In this document: piece after piece, positions 27,206-36,423 of the stretch
Layout of the letters: each line of letters starts with the position of its first letter
Position numbering within the stretch: position 1 is the stretch's first letter
NCBI GenBank assembly: GCA_934757155.1
Contig: CAKVLI010000005.1
Span: forward strand, 22,366-86,365
From: an uncultured Candidatus Melainabacteria bacterium
GTDB lineage: Bacteria; Cyanobacteriota; Vampirovibrionia; Gastranaerophilales; Gastranaerophilaceae
Reading direction: 5' to 3'
Length of the DNA stretch: 64,000 nucleotides
Translations under genes and position numbers: made by a program
The notes under the pieces: generated by a model
The model's input: only the letters and a program-made list of their open reading frames with translations
What the model was told of the DNA's origin: nothing
Databases searched by the model: none

Positions 27206-28512
27206 TAATCTTTATACTCCGTTTTGAACTTTCTTAAAAGTGTTACTAACATTATTGTACACAAAACAGCGGAAGCGCAACCAAGTCCGATCCAAAAACC
27301 GAGAAGGTTAAGCTTAAGTTTTAATCCGAGGTAACAGCCAAGAGGAATTGAGATTAGCCAGTATGCGATAAAGTTAGAAATCATAACGATTCCGGTCTTT
27401 TTTATACCTTTGAAAATTCCAGCGAGTGCAACTTGCATTCCGTCAAATACCTGAAATCCGCATAATACGTATACAATCGGGATGCAAACTTTTATGAGTT
27501 CAACATCGTTTGTGAATAATTTTATTAAGAATTCAGGGAACAATCCGACGCAAACCGCTGAGCAAGCCATAAATCCGACGCAGATTTTAAGTCCGGTAAA
27601 TGCGTATTTTTTGAGTGATTTATAATATTTCGCACCGTTTGCAAATCCGACTTTGACAGCTGTTGCGTTTGAGATTGCAAGAGGAACCATAAAAGAAACG
27701 GTTGTGAGTGTGCAGACAATATTATGAGCAGCTGCGTATATTCCGGAAATTCGCCCTAATAAGATCGTGATTGCATTAAATCCTATAAATTCAATCATTA
27801 CGGCAGCTGATGCCGGCATACCGACTTTTATCAAGTCTTTGTAGTAATTTTTATCCTTGTGGTGTTTTACTTTGACTTTTCTAAGGCAATAGATAAGAAG
27901 CACAATTCCCATAATATATCGAGTTAACAAACTCGCAATAGCAAGCCCTGCTGCGCCCATTTCCGGAATTATTCCGTAACCGAATGCGAAAATTATATTC
28001 AAAAATACGTTTACAAAAATACAAAGTACGGTCAGTACGTTAGGGAAAACAACAATTTCAAATGCTTGCAGGAATTCTTTCACAGCAATATGAAGGCACG
28101 CGCCGAAGGTCGAAAACGCTGTAATAAAGAAGTATGCTTTGATATCAGGAATAAGTATCGGGTCAAAACCGAGAAAATCTACAATCGGCATTGTCACAAG
28201 GATTAGAACCGCAGTAAAAATTGATAGTATTCCTGCAAATTTCAGTGACGGATAGAAGTATTTTTCAGGTTCTTTTCCTGCACCTCTGTAGTTAGAGAGA
28301 ATTGCGGAAATGCTTCCGAGAATACCTATTCCAAACATCATTATGCAGTTAATGATAGCAGTTGCCAAACTGACAGCTGCGAGAGTGTTGGTGGAGTGTC
28401 TTCCCGCAACAATAACATCCCCGACTCCAATCAGTATGAAACCCAAGTTCCCGAGAACAATGGGGCCGGCTATATTAACTAAATCTTTTATATAGAAATT
28501 TTTTACAAACAT
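27205..28512 (-). CDS. MATE-family efflux transporter
   Basis: 12-TM-like hydrophobic profile and a typical MATE N-terminus. 435 aa. Confidence 0.85.
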   Translation of the reverse strand: MFVKNFYIKDLVNIAGPIVLGNLGFILIGVGDVIVAGRHSTNTLAAVSLATAIINCIMMFGIGILGSISAILSNYRGAGKEPEKYFYPSLKFAGILSIFTAVLILVTMPIVDFLGFDPILIPDIKAYFFITAFSTFGACLHIAVKEFLQAFEIVVFPNVLTVLCIFVNVFLNIIFAFGYGIIPEMGAAGLAIASLLTRYIMGIVLLIYCLRKVKVKHHKDKNYYKDLIKVGMPASAAVMIEFIGFNAITILLGRISGIYAAAHNIVCTLTTVSFMVPLAISNATAVKVGFANGAKYYKSLKKYAFTGLKICVGFMACSAVCVGLFPEFLIKLFTNDVELIKVCIPIVYVLCGFQVFDGMQVALAGIFKGIKKTGIVMISNFIAYWLISIPLGCYLGLKLKLNLLGFWIGLGCASAVLCTIMLVTLLRKFKTEYKD

Positions 28513-28545
28513 AGGTCTATTATATTACAAAAGTAAACCCTGTTT

Positions 28546-28574
28546 TTGCATTTAAAATACCTTTCTTTTATAAT
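28546..28574 (+). promoter_or_regulatory. Sigma-70-type promoter
   Basis: TTGCAT (28546-28551), 17 nt, TATAAT (28569-28574). Confidence 0.75.
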
Positions 28575-28580
28575 GAAGAA

Positions 28581-28740
28581 AACTAAATACAAGGAAACTA
28601 CGGTGAAAATCCGTGACTGTGCCGCAACCGTTATAGCCGGAATACTTATTAAGTAGATGTATCGTTTTATGAGTAACTACAATGAAGGACACTGCGAGTC
28701 ACAGTGATTCTAAAGCTTTCCTGTTGCGGCAAAATTTCAA
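28581..28740 (+). promoter_or_regulatory. Candidate cobalamin riboswitch leader
   Basis: AAGGAAACTACGGTGAAAATCCGTGACTGTGCCGCAACCGTTATAGCCGGAATAC resembles the cobalamin-riboswitch core (GGGAA..GGTGAAAATCC..C.G..CCCGC.AC.GT.A then an AGYCMGGA.AC B12-box-like run). GCCGCAAC (28621-28628) is complementary to GTTGCGGC (28723-28730) just upstream of the SD. Confidence 0.45.
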
Positions 28741-28760
28741 ATAAGGAAGGTTTTTTAGTA

Positions 28761-29411
28761 TTGGCAAACTCAGTTCCAAATGTGAATAATCTCAATACGG
28801 GTACTTGCCCGCACGGACTCCCTCCGGGGGCGTGTCCGGTGTGTTCGACCGGTGCCGGTTCTATGAGGCAGTCAGACCGCAATCGTAATATTGGCGAGAT
28901 GACGTATCATGAGTGTGCAATGATTGGCAATATGATGAAGGCGCGGGAATTGGCTCAGAAAAATCACGAGGCAAATCTGGAGCATAGAGCGGAGAACCTT
29001 GAAGCATTTCAAAAGAATTTGGAAAAGCTTTCTGCGAATATGCTGGAGTTCGCAAAACAGATTTCCAACTTTATTCCACTAAAGCCAATAGCATTTGCGA
29101 TAAAAAATATTGCGGTGCCTGTAGTAAACTTTGTGAGAAATATTCCGAAGCTTGTTTCAAATTTCAAATTTGAGATTATGGACAAATTGAGCGCAATCTT
29201 TGGTGAAGCAAAGGCTTTTGTGGACAAGAAGGTCTCAGAAATGGTTTCTGTTATCAAAAACTTTATTTTAAAAGTATTCAAGAAAAACAACTCGGATGAT
29301 GAAGACACCAAGATTGACGATGATAAGAAAATTTTCAATTTAAAAACAATTTTACAAAAAATAATAAGAAAGAAAAAGAAAAAACATGAACATGACGCCG
29401 AAAATCTATAA
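28761..29411 (+). CDS. Hypothetical protein with N-terminal CPHGLPPGACPVC motif, coiled-coil and Lys-rich tail
   Basis: Same frame as ORF 28704..29411. AAGGAAGG SD 10 nt upstream of the TTG at 28761. No family recognised. Confidence 0.5.
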   Translation: MANSVPNVNNLNTGTCPHGLPPGACPVCSTGAGSMRQSDRNRNIGEMTYHECAMIGNMMKARELAQKNHEANLEHRAENLEAFQKNLEKLSANMLEFAKQISNFIPLKPIAFAIKNIAVPVVNFVRNIPKLVSNFKFEIMDKLSAIFGEAKAFVDKKVSEMVSVIKNFILKVFKKNNSDDEDTKIDDDKKIFNLKTILQKIIRKKKKKHEHDAENL

Positions 29412-30888
29412 CGATCCCGAATCAACACGTATCCACAGAAATATGACGGATACACAAAAAAAGAATTCCAACTATGTTAAAGAAGGAAAAATTGTCAACG
29501 CCTTCATTAAAGATCCATTGCTCTCACTGGATGAAACTTATGACTCTCTTGTAATTTCTCACGAGGGTGTCGAATTGCCGGAAAGAGTCTATGAAAAAGA
29601 AGAAAAAAAGGATAAGACCCTTTTGTACCTTGCAGGTATTTCGACAGGTGTAATGGCTTTAATTGGCGGGTTTACGATGATGATTAAGAATTTTTCCAAG
29701 AAAAAATTTGAGTCCACTCAGGAGTACTTACTCCCCGGGATTACCAGAAACCACTGTATAAATGACGAACTTCATCAGAGCATTTTTTCAATGATTCAAT
29801 CCCCGAACAGACGTACAATTTTGGCTGCGCTAGGGGTAATAACTCTCAGTTCTATGGCATTTCTCGGCAAAACGTTTATTGACGGGTTCAGAGATGTTTG
29901 GGTAAAAAAACGTGAAGCTGATATTCAAAAAAATCTTCAAGAAAACTTGATTGCGGTTGAAACTCAAAGCTTTTCAGGGAAAATTCAAATAATCAGAAGT
30001 ATGCTCTCATCCAAAGCACAGGGGTTTGCAAAGACATTAGGTGAAACTTCAACGGTTGCGTTTGAAGGCAAAAAAGAGAAAAACGATGAAGAGGATTCAA
30101 GAACACTTCCGCTTGTAATTACCGGAGTGGTGACATTGGCATCAATTCTCGGATTAGGATATTACGCAATGCGGAATATCAGAAAGAGTGAGGAATTTAT
30201 CAAAAAAGGACTTGAAAACACAAAAACGGGGTTAGAGGGTGTTATTAAAGATTTTAATGCGGGAAAAGCGATTAATCCTGTAGAAGGTCATAACGGTGAA
30301 GTTCTTACCGGCATGGACGCGTACAAACATTTAATCGAGAATATGTTAGAGTCAATTTACGCCAAGCCTGCGGAAATTGAAGAATATATAAACAAGATGA
30401 ATTTGCCGGAGGGTGAAAAAGAAAAGTTTATCAAACACTTGAAAGTTTCTATGAATCAGGCTACAGAGAAGGTTAACAGCGCGATTGGCGGTTCTGGAAG
30501 AAATAAAATTACGTATTTTTCGCACGTAAATGATTATCTGTCTTTCTTCTATGATTGGCTAATGAATCCGAAAAACCCGCAATTTAAGAACTTGTTCTTT
30601 GGAATTTCAGGTATTTCTGCTTTAGCTTATGGAGGAAAAACAGCATCCGAGGCGGTCAAAGATGTGCAGGTGAAAAAATATAACGCAAATACTGAATTAA
30701 ATCTTCAAAGAAGACTTGTTTCAACTGAATTGAGGAACTTTAAGGCAAAGAAAGAATCAGCGATTGAGCCTTTGTGTGAGGAATTTGAATTGCGTAAGCA
30801 AACTGGTACGAAACCCGAAGAATTGAAGGTTGTAGCGGATAATATTCTTTTTGAAATCAAAAACGGACCGCCGTTTGTATACTCTTAA
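29386..30888 (+). CDS. Hypothetical membrane protein (about 4 TM, 500 aa)
   Basis: Hydrophobic segments LLYLAGISTGVMALIGGFTMMI, ILAALGVITLSSMAFLG, LPLVITGVVTLASILGLGYYA, LFFGISGISALAYGG. Overlaps the upstream gene by 26 nt. Confidence 0.6.
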   Translation: MNMTPKIYNDPESTRIHRNMTDTQKKNSNYVKEGKIVNAFIKDPLLSLDETYDSLVISHEGVELPERVYEKEEKKDKTLLYLAGISTGVMALIGGFTMMIKNFSKKKFESTQEYLLPGITRNHCINDELHQSIFSMIQSPNRRTILAALGVITLSSMAFLGKTFIDGFRDVWVKKREADIQKNLQENLIAVETQSFSGKIQIIRSMLSSKAQGFAKTLGETSTVAFEGKKEKNDEEDSRTLPLVITGVVTLASILGLGYYAMRNIRKSEEFIKKGLENTKTGLEGVIKDFNAGKAINPVEGHNGEVLTGMDAYKHLIENMLESIYAKPAEIEEYINKMNLPEGEKEKFIKHLKVSMNQATEKVNSAIGGSGRNKITYFSHVNDYLSFFYDWLMNPKNPQFKNLFFGISGISALAYGGKTASEAVKDVQVKKYNANTELNLQRRLVSTELRNFKAKKESAIEPLCEEFELRKQTGTKPEELKVVADNILFEIKNGPPFVYS

Positions 30889-32291
30889 ACGAGTACCTCT
30901 TTTTCGTTTTTATACGTTACATAGCCTAAAGGTGCTGCAGGAGGTTTTCTCAAATTCTTTGCGCGAGTGTAGATTACGCCGACTTTTGAAGGTTGTGATG
31001 CGGAAGAATATTCGCGTGCGAGTTTACAACATTCAAAAAGAGTTCCTTCGTCGGGCTCTATTCCGTTGACTTTCAGAAGAATGTGAGAGCCTGCGCAGAG
31101 TCTTGTATGGAACCAATAATCCTCATCTTTGGCCAGTTTGGATACAATAAAATCGTTTTGTTTGTTATTCTTCCCGATATAAACATCAAACCCGTTGATT
31201 TGAATTTTGGTAACCTGCGGTTTTTCTTTTTTTGTGGACTTCTTTTCCTCAACTTCGATTTCGGAAAGTTCGTTCATATTTGCGGCTTTGTCAATGCTGT
31301 AGAGGATTTCCTCCAAATATTCACGCTCAATATTCAAACCGTTTAGCAACTCTTCGGACTTTTCTTTTGTGGTTTTTGATTTTGTGTAAAGTCTGAAATA
31401 TCTTTGAGCATTTTCATTCAAAGTTTTTGTTTCATCAAGCTCAATGGTGATATTTCGGTTATTTATATAATCAAAAACTTCAATTTGCGGACTGTAATCC
31501 ACTTTTTGATAAAGATTTGCGGTCAAAAGCTCGCCATAAAGCTTGTATTCATCAGTTTTATCACGTTTTTTCAAGAGAGAAGAAATCTTATCGATAGAGT
31601 TTTTAACCCTTTTTAATTTAGGCAGAACAATTGCGCAAAGCCGACTTTTTTCGGATTTTAGGTTTAAGCTTTCTTGAATTTTTGAATAATACTCATCAAG
31701 CATCGTGTTAATTGAGGTTTCAGAAGGGTATTCTTTTTTCAAAACCTCAATTAATGGAGTCCATTCGCCGTTGTTTGTTTTCGGAGGATAAGTATATTTC
31801 AAACCTCCTTGCAATTCTCTATAACGACTTTTTTCAGCACCCACATTATGCGCACAGCCGATTATTACAGAGGTTTCTCTGTCGTAGAGGATTACGTTTG
31901 AGTGTTTTCCCATAAGCTCAATACAAAGACAGAGTTGTCTTCTCTGTGAGAACTCATCCATTACATCAAAATGAAATTCAAGAATTCGTTCACCTTCTAT
32001 AACAAGAGCATCTCCAATTCTGCAGCCTTCAAGATATTTTCGAAGAAGCATACAAAACATCGGAGGTTGTTTGGGAAAAACAATTCCTCTTCGGTCGTTT
32101 TCAATAAAACAAATGTGATAAATCTGCGGATTAATATTTATATAAAACTTCCTGCTCTCACCGTTGTTCCTAAGCGAAAATATAAAATCTCTCCTTGTCG
32201 GCTGTTGAATTTTTTGCAATCGGGCGCCGATAAAAAAATCAATATTTTCTTCAAAGAAAGCTTTGAGAGTTAAGGAATCAATATTTATCAT
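30885..32291 (-). CDS. NFACT-family protein (RqcH/FbpA-like), short form
   Basis: NFACT-N-like N-terminus. NFACT-R/DUF814-like GFDVYIGKNNKQND...DYWFHTRLCAGSHILLK. Confidence 0.75.
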   Translation of the reverse strand: MINIDSLTLKAFFEENIDFFIGARLQKIQQPTRRDFIFSLRNNGESRKFYININPQIYHICFIENDRRGIVFPKQPPMFCMLLRKYLEGCRIGDALVIEGERILEFHFDVMDEFSQRRQLCLCIELMGKHSNVILYDRETSVIIGCAHNVGAEKSRYRELQGGLKYTYPPKTNNGEWTPLIEVLKKEYPSETSINTMLDEYYSKIQESLNLKSEKSRLCAIVLPKLKRVKNSIDKISSLLKKRDKTDEYKLYGELLTANLYQKVDYSPQIEVFDYINNRNITIELDETKTLNENAQRYFRLYTKSKTTKEKSEELLNGLNIEREYLEEILYSIDKAANMNELSEIEVEEKKSTKKEKPQVTKIQINGFDVYIGKNNKQNDFIVSKLAKDEDYWFHTRLCAGSHILLKVNGIEPDEGTLFECCKLAREYSSASQPSKVGVIYTRAKNLRKPPAAPLGYVTYKNEKEVLV

Positions 32292-33052
32292 ATATTTTCT
32301 GCTGTTTCAGGCTTGATGGCTTTTGCTGTGATGAAAAAGCTTACAAAAGATGTGTATGCGGTTATAGCAGCTCCAGCAAGGCTTATTATTACGTTATAAA
32401 CGATTTTGTTCATTACAAATGCCATACAGATTTTAGCAACAGCTATGTAAGGGATTGCAAAAATAAGGATTAATAAAACAAACAATCCAATTGCTTTCCA
32501 ATAAGTGCCTTTGTTCGCTTTGATGAGTCTTGTTGCTTGTTTTATTCTCAAATAGCTGGTCAAAGAGCCCGTTTTAGCAAAAATCCAAGCGTATGCCATT
32601 GTGTATAGAATGATATAAATAAGTGTTAATGCTAGAACAACAGCTGCAACGATAAGCGGAACTGTAGACGGTTTTCCGATAATAGTTCCCACAACAACAG
32701 GTGCAAGAGTTATTATTGCTAAGATTGTCGTAAATAAAAATATCGCAATATAGTTTTTAAATCCCAAGATAAAACTATTTTTGAGGTTAATGAATGGCAA
32801 TACATAATTATCATTTTGTTCAAACAACGCTTTTATGCAGGCAAAACCGTATCCAATCGCAAACATGTGAATCAGAGTTCCAAGTATGTTTAAAATATAG
32901 TATTCAGCAGACGGTGGAACATTTGAACAGCATCCCTTATACATATCTGCTGTATTATAGCAAAGTTGTGTTAGTAACGTGATTAATGCGAGCACAAGTG
33001 CTTTTTGCCCGTACTTATTGTCTTTGAACATATAGTTAAATGCGTTAGCCAT
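32288..33052 (-). CDS. Hypothetical polytopic membrane protein
   Basis: 254 aa with about 6 hydrophobic helices. 4-nt overlap with the NFACT gene. GGAGAGAG SD. Confidence 0.65.
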   Translation of the reverse strand: MANAFNYMFKDNKYGQKALVLALITLLTQLCYNTADMYKGCCSNVPPSAEYYILNILGTLIHMFAIGYGFACIKALFEQNDNYVLPFINLKNSFILGFKNYIAIFLFTTILAIITLAPVVVGTIIGKPSTVPLIVAAVVLALTLIYIILYTMAYAWIFAKTGSLTSYLRIKQATRLIKANKGTYWKAIGLFVLLILIFAIPYIAVAKICMAFVMNKIVYNVIISLAGAAITAYTSFVSFFITAKAIKPETAENI

Positions 33053-33134
33053 TTTCTCTCTCCTTATTGCTTGAGTAAATTATATAATTAATTAGTTTAC
33101 TAGTAAAGTACTTAACTGCACTTGTGTTTAACCC

Positions 33135-33215
33135 TGCGATCCTTCGGTCGCTTCGCTCCCTCAGGATGACAAAATGGTTACGTCATTCTGAGGCTTTAGC
33201 CGAAAAATCGCAAGG
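33135..33215. repeat. Structured ~80-bp repeat flanking the GIY-YIG gene, copy 1
   Basis: The outer arms TGCGATCCTTCGG / CCGAAAAATCGCA can pair. Inner 12-bp stem CCTCAGGATGAC / GTCATTCTGAGG. About 85% identical to 33548-33627. Confidence 0.85.
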
Positions 33216-33231
33216 TCCGTGTATTTTTCCA

Positions 33232-33525
33232 CTATATGATAGACTCATATAAGTCTTGCCAGCTAGGGTTAAACTTACTAATTATATCTTTTTTAAATTG
33301 TCGGGTTTTGCCTTTTAAATACTTTTCTCTTTCTATTGCAGTTACAATTGAGTCGGTAGATTCAAAATATACTAATTTTGTTAAATTATATTGTTTTGAA
33401 AAGCCTTCGACCACTTTATTTTTATGTTCCCATATTCTTTTGGGTAAATCGGAAGTAACTCCTATATAATAAACAGAATTATGTTCATTGGTGATTATAT
33501 AAATATATCCGTTTTTGTACTTCAT
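33232..33525 (-). CDS. Stand-alone GIY-YIG (URI-domain) nuclease-family protein, 97 aa
   Basis: GYIYIITN...VYYIGVTSDLPKRIWEHK, carrying the GIY, YIG, Arg and Glu signature. Confidence 0.85.
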   Translation of the reverse strand: MKYKNGYIYIITNEHNSVYYIGVTSDLPKRIWEHKNKVVEGFSKQYNLTKLVYFESTDSIVTAIEREKYLKGKTRQFKKDIISKFNPSWQDLYESII

Positions 33526-33547
33526 AAATTATCCTACTATTTAATCT

Positions 33548-33627
33548 TGCGATCCTTCGGTCGCTCTGCTCCCTCTGGATGACGAAACAACCGCGTCATT
33601 CTGAGGCTTTAGCCGAAGAATCGCAAG
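33548..33627. repeat. Structured ~80-bp repeat flanking the GIY-YIG gene, copy 2 (plus a 12-bp hairpin with 33638-33649)
   Basis: Same orientation as copy 1. AAGAATCGCAAG (33616-33627) pairs perfectly with CTTGCGATTCTT (33638-33649). Confidence 0.85.
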
Positions 33628-33670
33628 GTATTGGTAGCTTGCGATTCTTTTAATAATATTTTATTTCAAG

Positions 33671-36334
33671 CTATTTCAAAGATTCAATCAAATCTTTGAT
33701 AGCATTTTCTTGAACTGTGATTTCTTCAATTCTTGCGTTGGTTTGTTCAACGAGTTCTTTTGGAGCGTTAGCAACAAATTTTTCGTTTTTCATTCTGCCG
33801 ACAAGAGAATTCTTTTCGTTCAAAAGTTTTTCGAGTTTCTTTTCCTGACGTTTGATTTCTGCGTCCAAATCAATCAAATCCGCAAGGGGAACAATGAGTT
33901 TTGAAGCAGAAACAACAGCTGTTGCAGATTTTGGCGGAATTGGTGCGTCTACAGGAGCGTAAGTTATATTATTAACTTTTGCCAATCTGTGAATATATGC
34001 TTCAATTTCCTCGAAAATAGCTTTTTCGTTTTCGTCAGCTCTAATTTCAACATCAACTGTTGCTGAAGTTGAAATATTGAAGCTTTGTCTTACGTTTCTC
34101 AAAGAAGTGATTGTTTCAAATACAAGTTTCATTTCAGCAGCTTCTTTTGGGAAAGAAAGGCTTTCTTCATAAACCGGATATTTTGCGATAATCAACGCAG
34201 AAGGAGCATCATCGCCCAAACCGAATGAACTCAAGCTTTGCCATACTTGTTCAGTAATATGCGGCATAATCGGGTGCAGCATTCTGAGTGACATATCCAA
34301 AACGTATCTCAAAACTCTTTGAGTATTCATTTTCAATTCAGGGTCGTTCAACTGAATTTTTGCGATTTCAACGTACCAGTCGCAGTATTCGCTTCTGAAG
34401 AAATCGTACAATGTGTGCGCAATTTCACCGATTCTGTACTCTTCCATATGTTGGTTAACCGTTTTTGCAGTTTCGTTCAATTGGTTAAGTATCCACTTAT
34501 CAACAAGCGTGAGCTTATCTCTGTCAATCGGATTGTTGTCAACACCTTCCAAATTCATTAATACGAAACGTGATGCGTTCCAGAGTTTGTTTGCAAAGTT
34601 TCTTCCGTATTCAAATCTTTCGTCAGAAATCTTGATATCCTGACCGCCGTATGTACAGAGAGAAGTCATTGTGAAACGAAGTGCGTCACAACCGTATTTT
34701 TCAATGATTTTAACAGGGTCAATTGTGTTGCCTTTTGATTTTGACATCTTCTGACCTTTTTCATCACGAATCAAACCGTGAATATAAACAGTCGAGAATG
34801 GCGCTTTTCCTGTGAATTCTAAGCCCATTGTAATCATTCTTGCAACCCAGAAGAAAATGATATCAAAACCGGTTACGAGAACTGATGTCGGGTAGAATTT
34901 TTTGAAATCATCCGTTTCAGAGTTCGGGAATCCCATTGTTGAGAACGGCCACAAACCTGAAGAGAACCAAGTATCAAGGCAATCGCTGTCTTGTACGTAA
35001 TTTTCAGGATCCGGATTTTCTTTCGCTACAACCATTTCACCTGTAACCTTGTGGTAATAAGCCGGAATTTGGTGTCCCCACCAGATTTGACGAGAAATAC
35101 ACCAGTCGCGGATGTTTTCCATCCAGCCAAGGTAGTTCTTTTCCCAACGTTCAGGGATGAATTTTATTCTTCCGTCTTTAACTGCAGCAATCGCTTCTTT
35201 TGCAAGCGGAGCCATTTTTACGAACCATTGTTCAGAAAGAAGCGGTTCGATTGTTGTGTTACATCTTTGACATTTACCAACATTGTGTTCGTGGTCTTTT
35301 ACTCTTAGCAAGAAATTGTTGTAACTCAACATATCAACGATTTTTTTACGAGCTTCATAACGGTCGAGTCCTTGGTATTCAGGCGGAACTTCTGTACAAG
35401 CTTTCATTTTTCCTTCGCCATCAATAACCCAAATTGGAGTAAAGTTGTGACGTTTGCCGACTTCGAAGTCGTTAGGATCGTGAGCAGGAGTGATTTTAAC
35501 CGCACCTGTTCCGAAAGATTTATCAACATATTCGTCCGCAATGATAGGAATTTGACGTCCTGAAAGCGGAATCATGACAGTTTTACCGACTAGTTCTGAA
35601 TACTTTTTATCGCTAGGGTGAACAGCAATTGCAACGTCACCGAAAATGGTTTCCGGTCTTGTTGTTGCAACGATAATAGCACCAGGTTCGCCGACGAGCG
35701 GGTAAGAAATTTCCCACAAATGTCCTTGTTCTGTTTCGTATTCTGTTTCAACGTCAGAAATTGCTGATTGACAGCGAGGACACCAGTTTACGATATAAGC
35801 ACCTTTGTAAATAAGTCCTTTGTTGTATAGTTTTACGAAAACTTCTTTTACAGCATCTGAACAGCCTTTGTCGAAAGTAAATCTTTCTCTTGAGCGGTCA
35901 AAAGATGCGCCTAAACGTTTGCACTGGTCAAGGATGTGGCTCTTGTGTTCATTTGTCCATTCCCAAGTTTTTTCAACAAACTTTTCTCTGCCCAAATCGT
36001 GTCTTGTCAAACCTTCTTTCGCGAGTTGTTTTTCAACGACGTTTTGAGTAGCCAAACCTGCGTGGTCAGTACCCGGAATCCACAATGCTTCGTATCCGCT
36101 CATTCTGTGGTAACGGATAAGAATATCTTGCAATGTTTCGTCCAAAGCGTGTCCCATGTGTAAAACACCGGTTACGTTTGGCGGCGGAATTACAATCGTG
36201 TAAGGCGGTTTGTCAGAATGCGCATCTGCTCTGAAATAGTTGCCGTCTTCCCAAAATTTGTACATTTTCTCTTCAGTCGACGTAGGGTCATAAACTGTAG
36301 GTAAATCTTCCGCTTTTATTTTTGTCTCTGTCAT
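33671..36334 (-). CDS. valS: Valine--tRNA ligase
   Basis: PPPNVTGVLHMGHAL (HIGH) and KMSKSKGN (KMSKS) motifs. C-terminal coiled coil. 887 aa. Confidence 0.95.
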   Translation of the reverse strand: MTETKIKAEDLPTVYDPTSTEEKMYKFWEDGNYFRADAHSDKPPYTIVIPPPNVTGVLHMGHALDETLQDILIRYHRMSGYEALWIPGTDHAGLATQNVVEKQLAKEGLTRHDLGREKFVEKTWEWTNEHKSHILDQCKRLGASFDRSRERFTFDKGCSDAVKEVFVKLYNKGLIYKGAYIVNWCPRCQSAISDVETEYETEQGHLWEISYPLVGEPGAIIVATTRPETIFGDVAIAVHPSDKKYSELVGKTVMIPLSGRQIPIIADEYVDKSFGTGAVKITPAHDPNDFEVGKRHNFTPIWVIDGEGKMKACTEVPPEYQGLDRYEARKKIVDMLSYNNFLLRVKDHEHNVGKCQRCNTTIEPLLSEQWFVKMAPLAKEAIAAVKDGRIKFIPERWEKNYLGWMENIRDWCISRQIWWGHQIPAYYHKVTGEMVVAKENPDPENYVQDSDCLDTWFSSGLWPFSTMGFPNSETDDFKKFYPTSVLVTGFDIIFFWVARMITMGLEFTGKAPFSTVYIHGLIRDEKGQKMSKSKGNTIDPVKIIEKYGCDALRFTMTSLCTYGGQDIKISDERFEYGRNFANKLWNASRFVLMNLEGVDNNPIDRDKLTLVDKWILNQLNETAKTVNQHMEEYRIGEIAHTLYDFFRSEYCDWYVEIAKIQLNDPELKMNTQRVLRYVLDMSLRMLHPIMPHITEQVWQSLSSFGLGDDAPSALIIAKYPVYEESLSFPKEAAEMKLVFETITSLRNVRQSFNISTSATVDVEIRADENEKAIFEEIEAYIHRLAKVNNITYAPVDAPIPPKSATAVVSASKLIVPLADLIDLDAEIKRQEKKLEKLLNEKNSLVGRMKNEKFVANAPKELVEQTNARIEEITVQENAIKDLIESLK

Positions 36335-36423
36335 AATATATTCCCTCGCTCGTGTATTTTAGATAATTAAATCTTAGCATAAACACGAATGTTTTTGTTC
36401 TTTTTCTTTCTTTTTGCTTAGCA

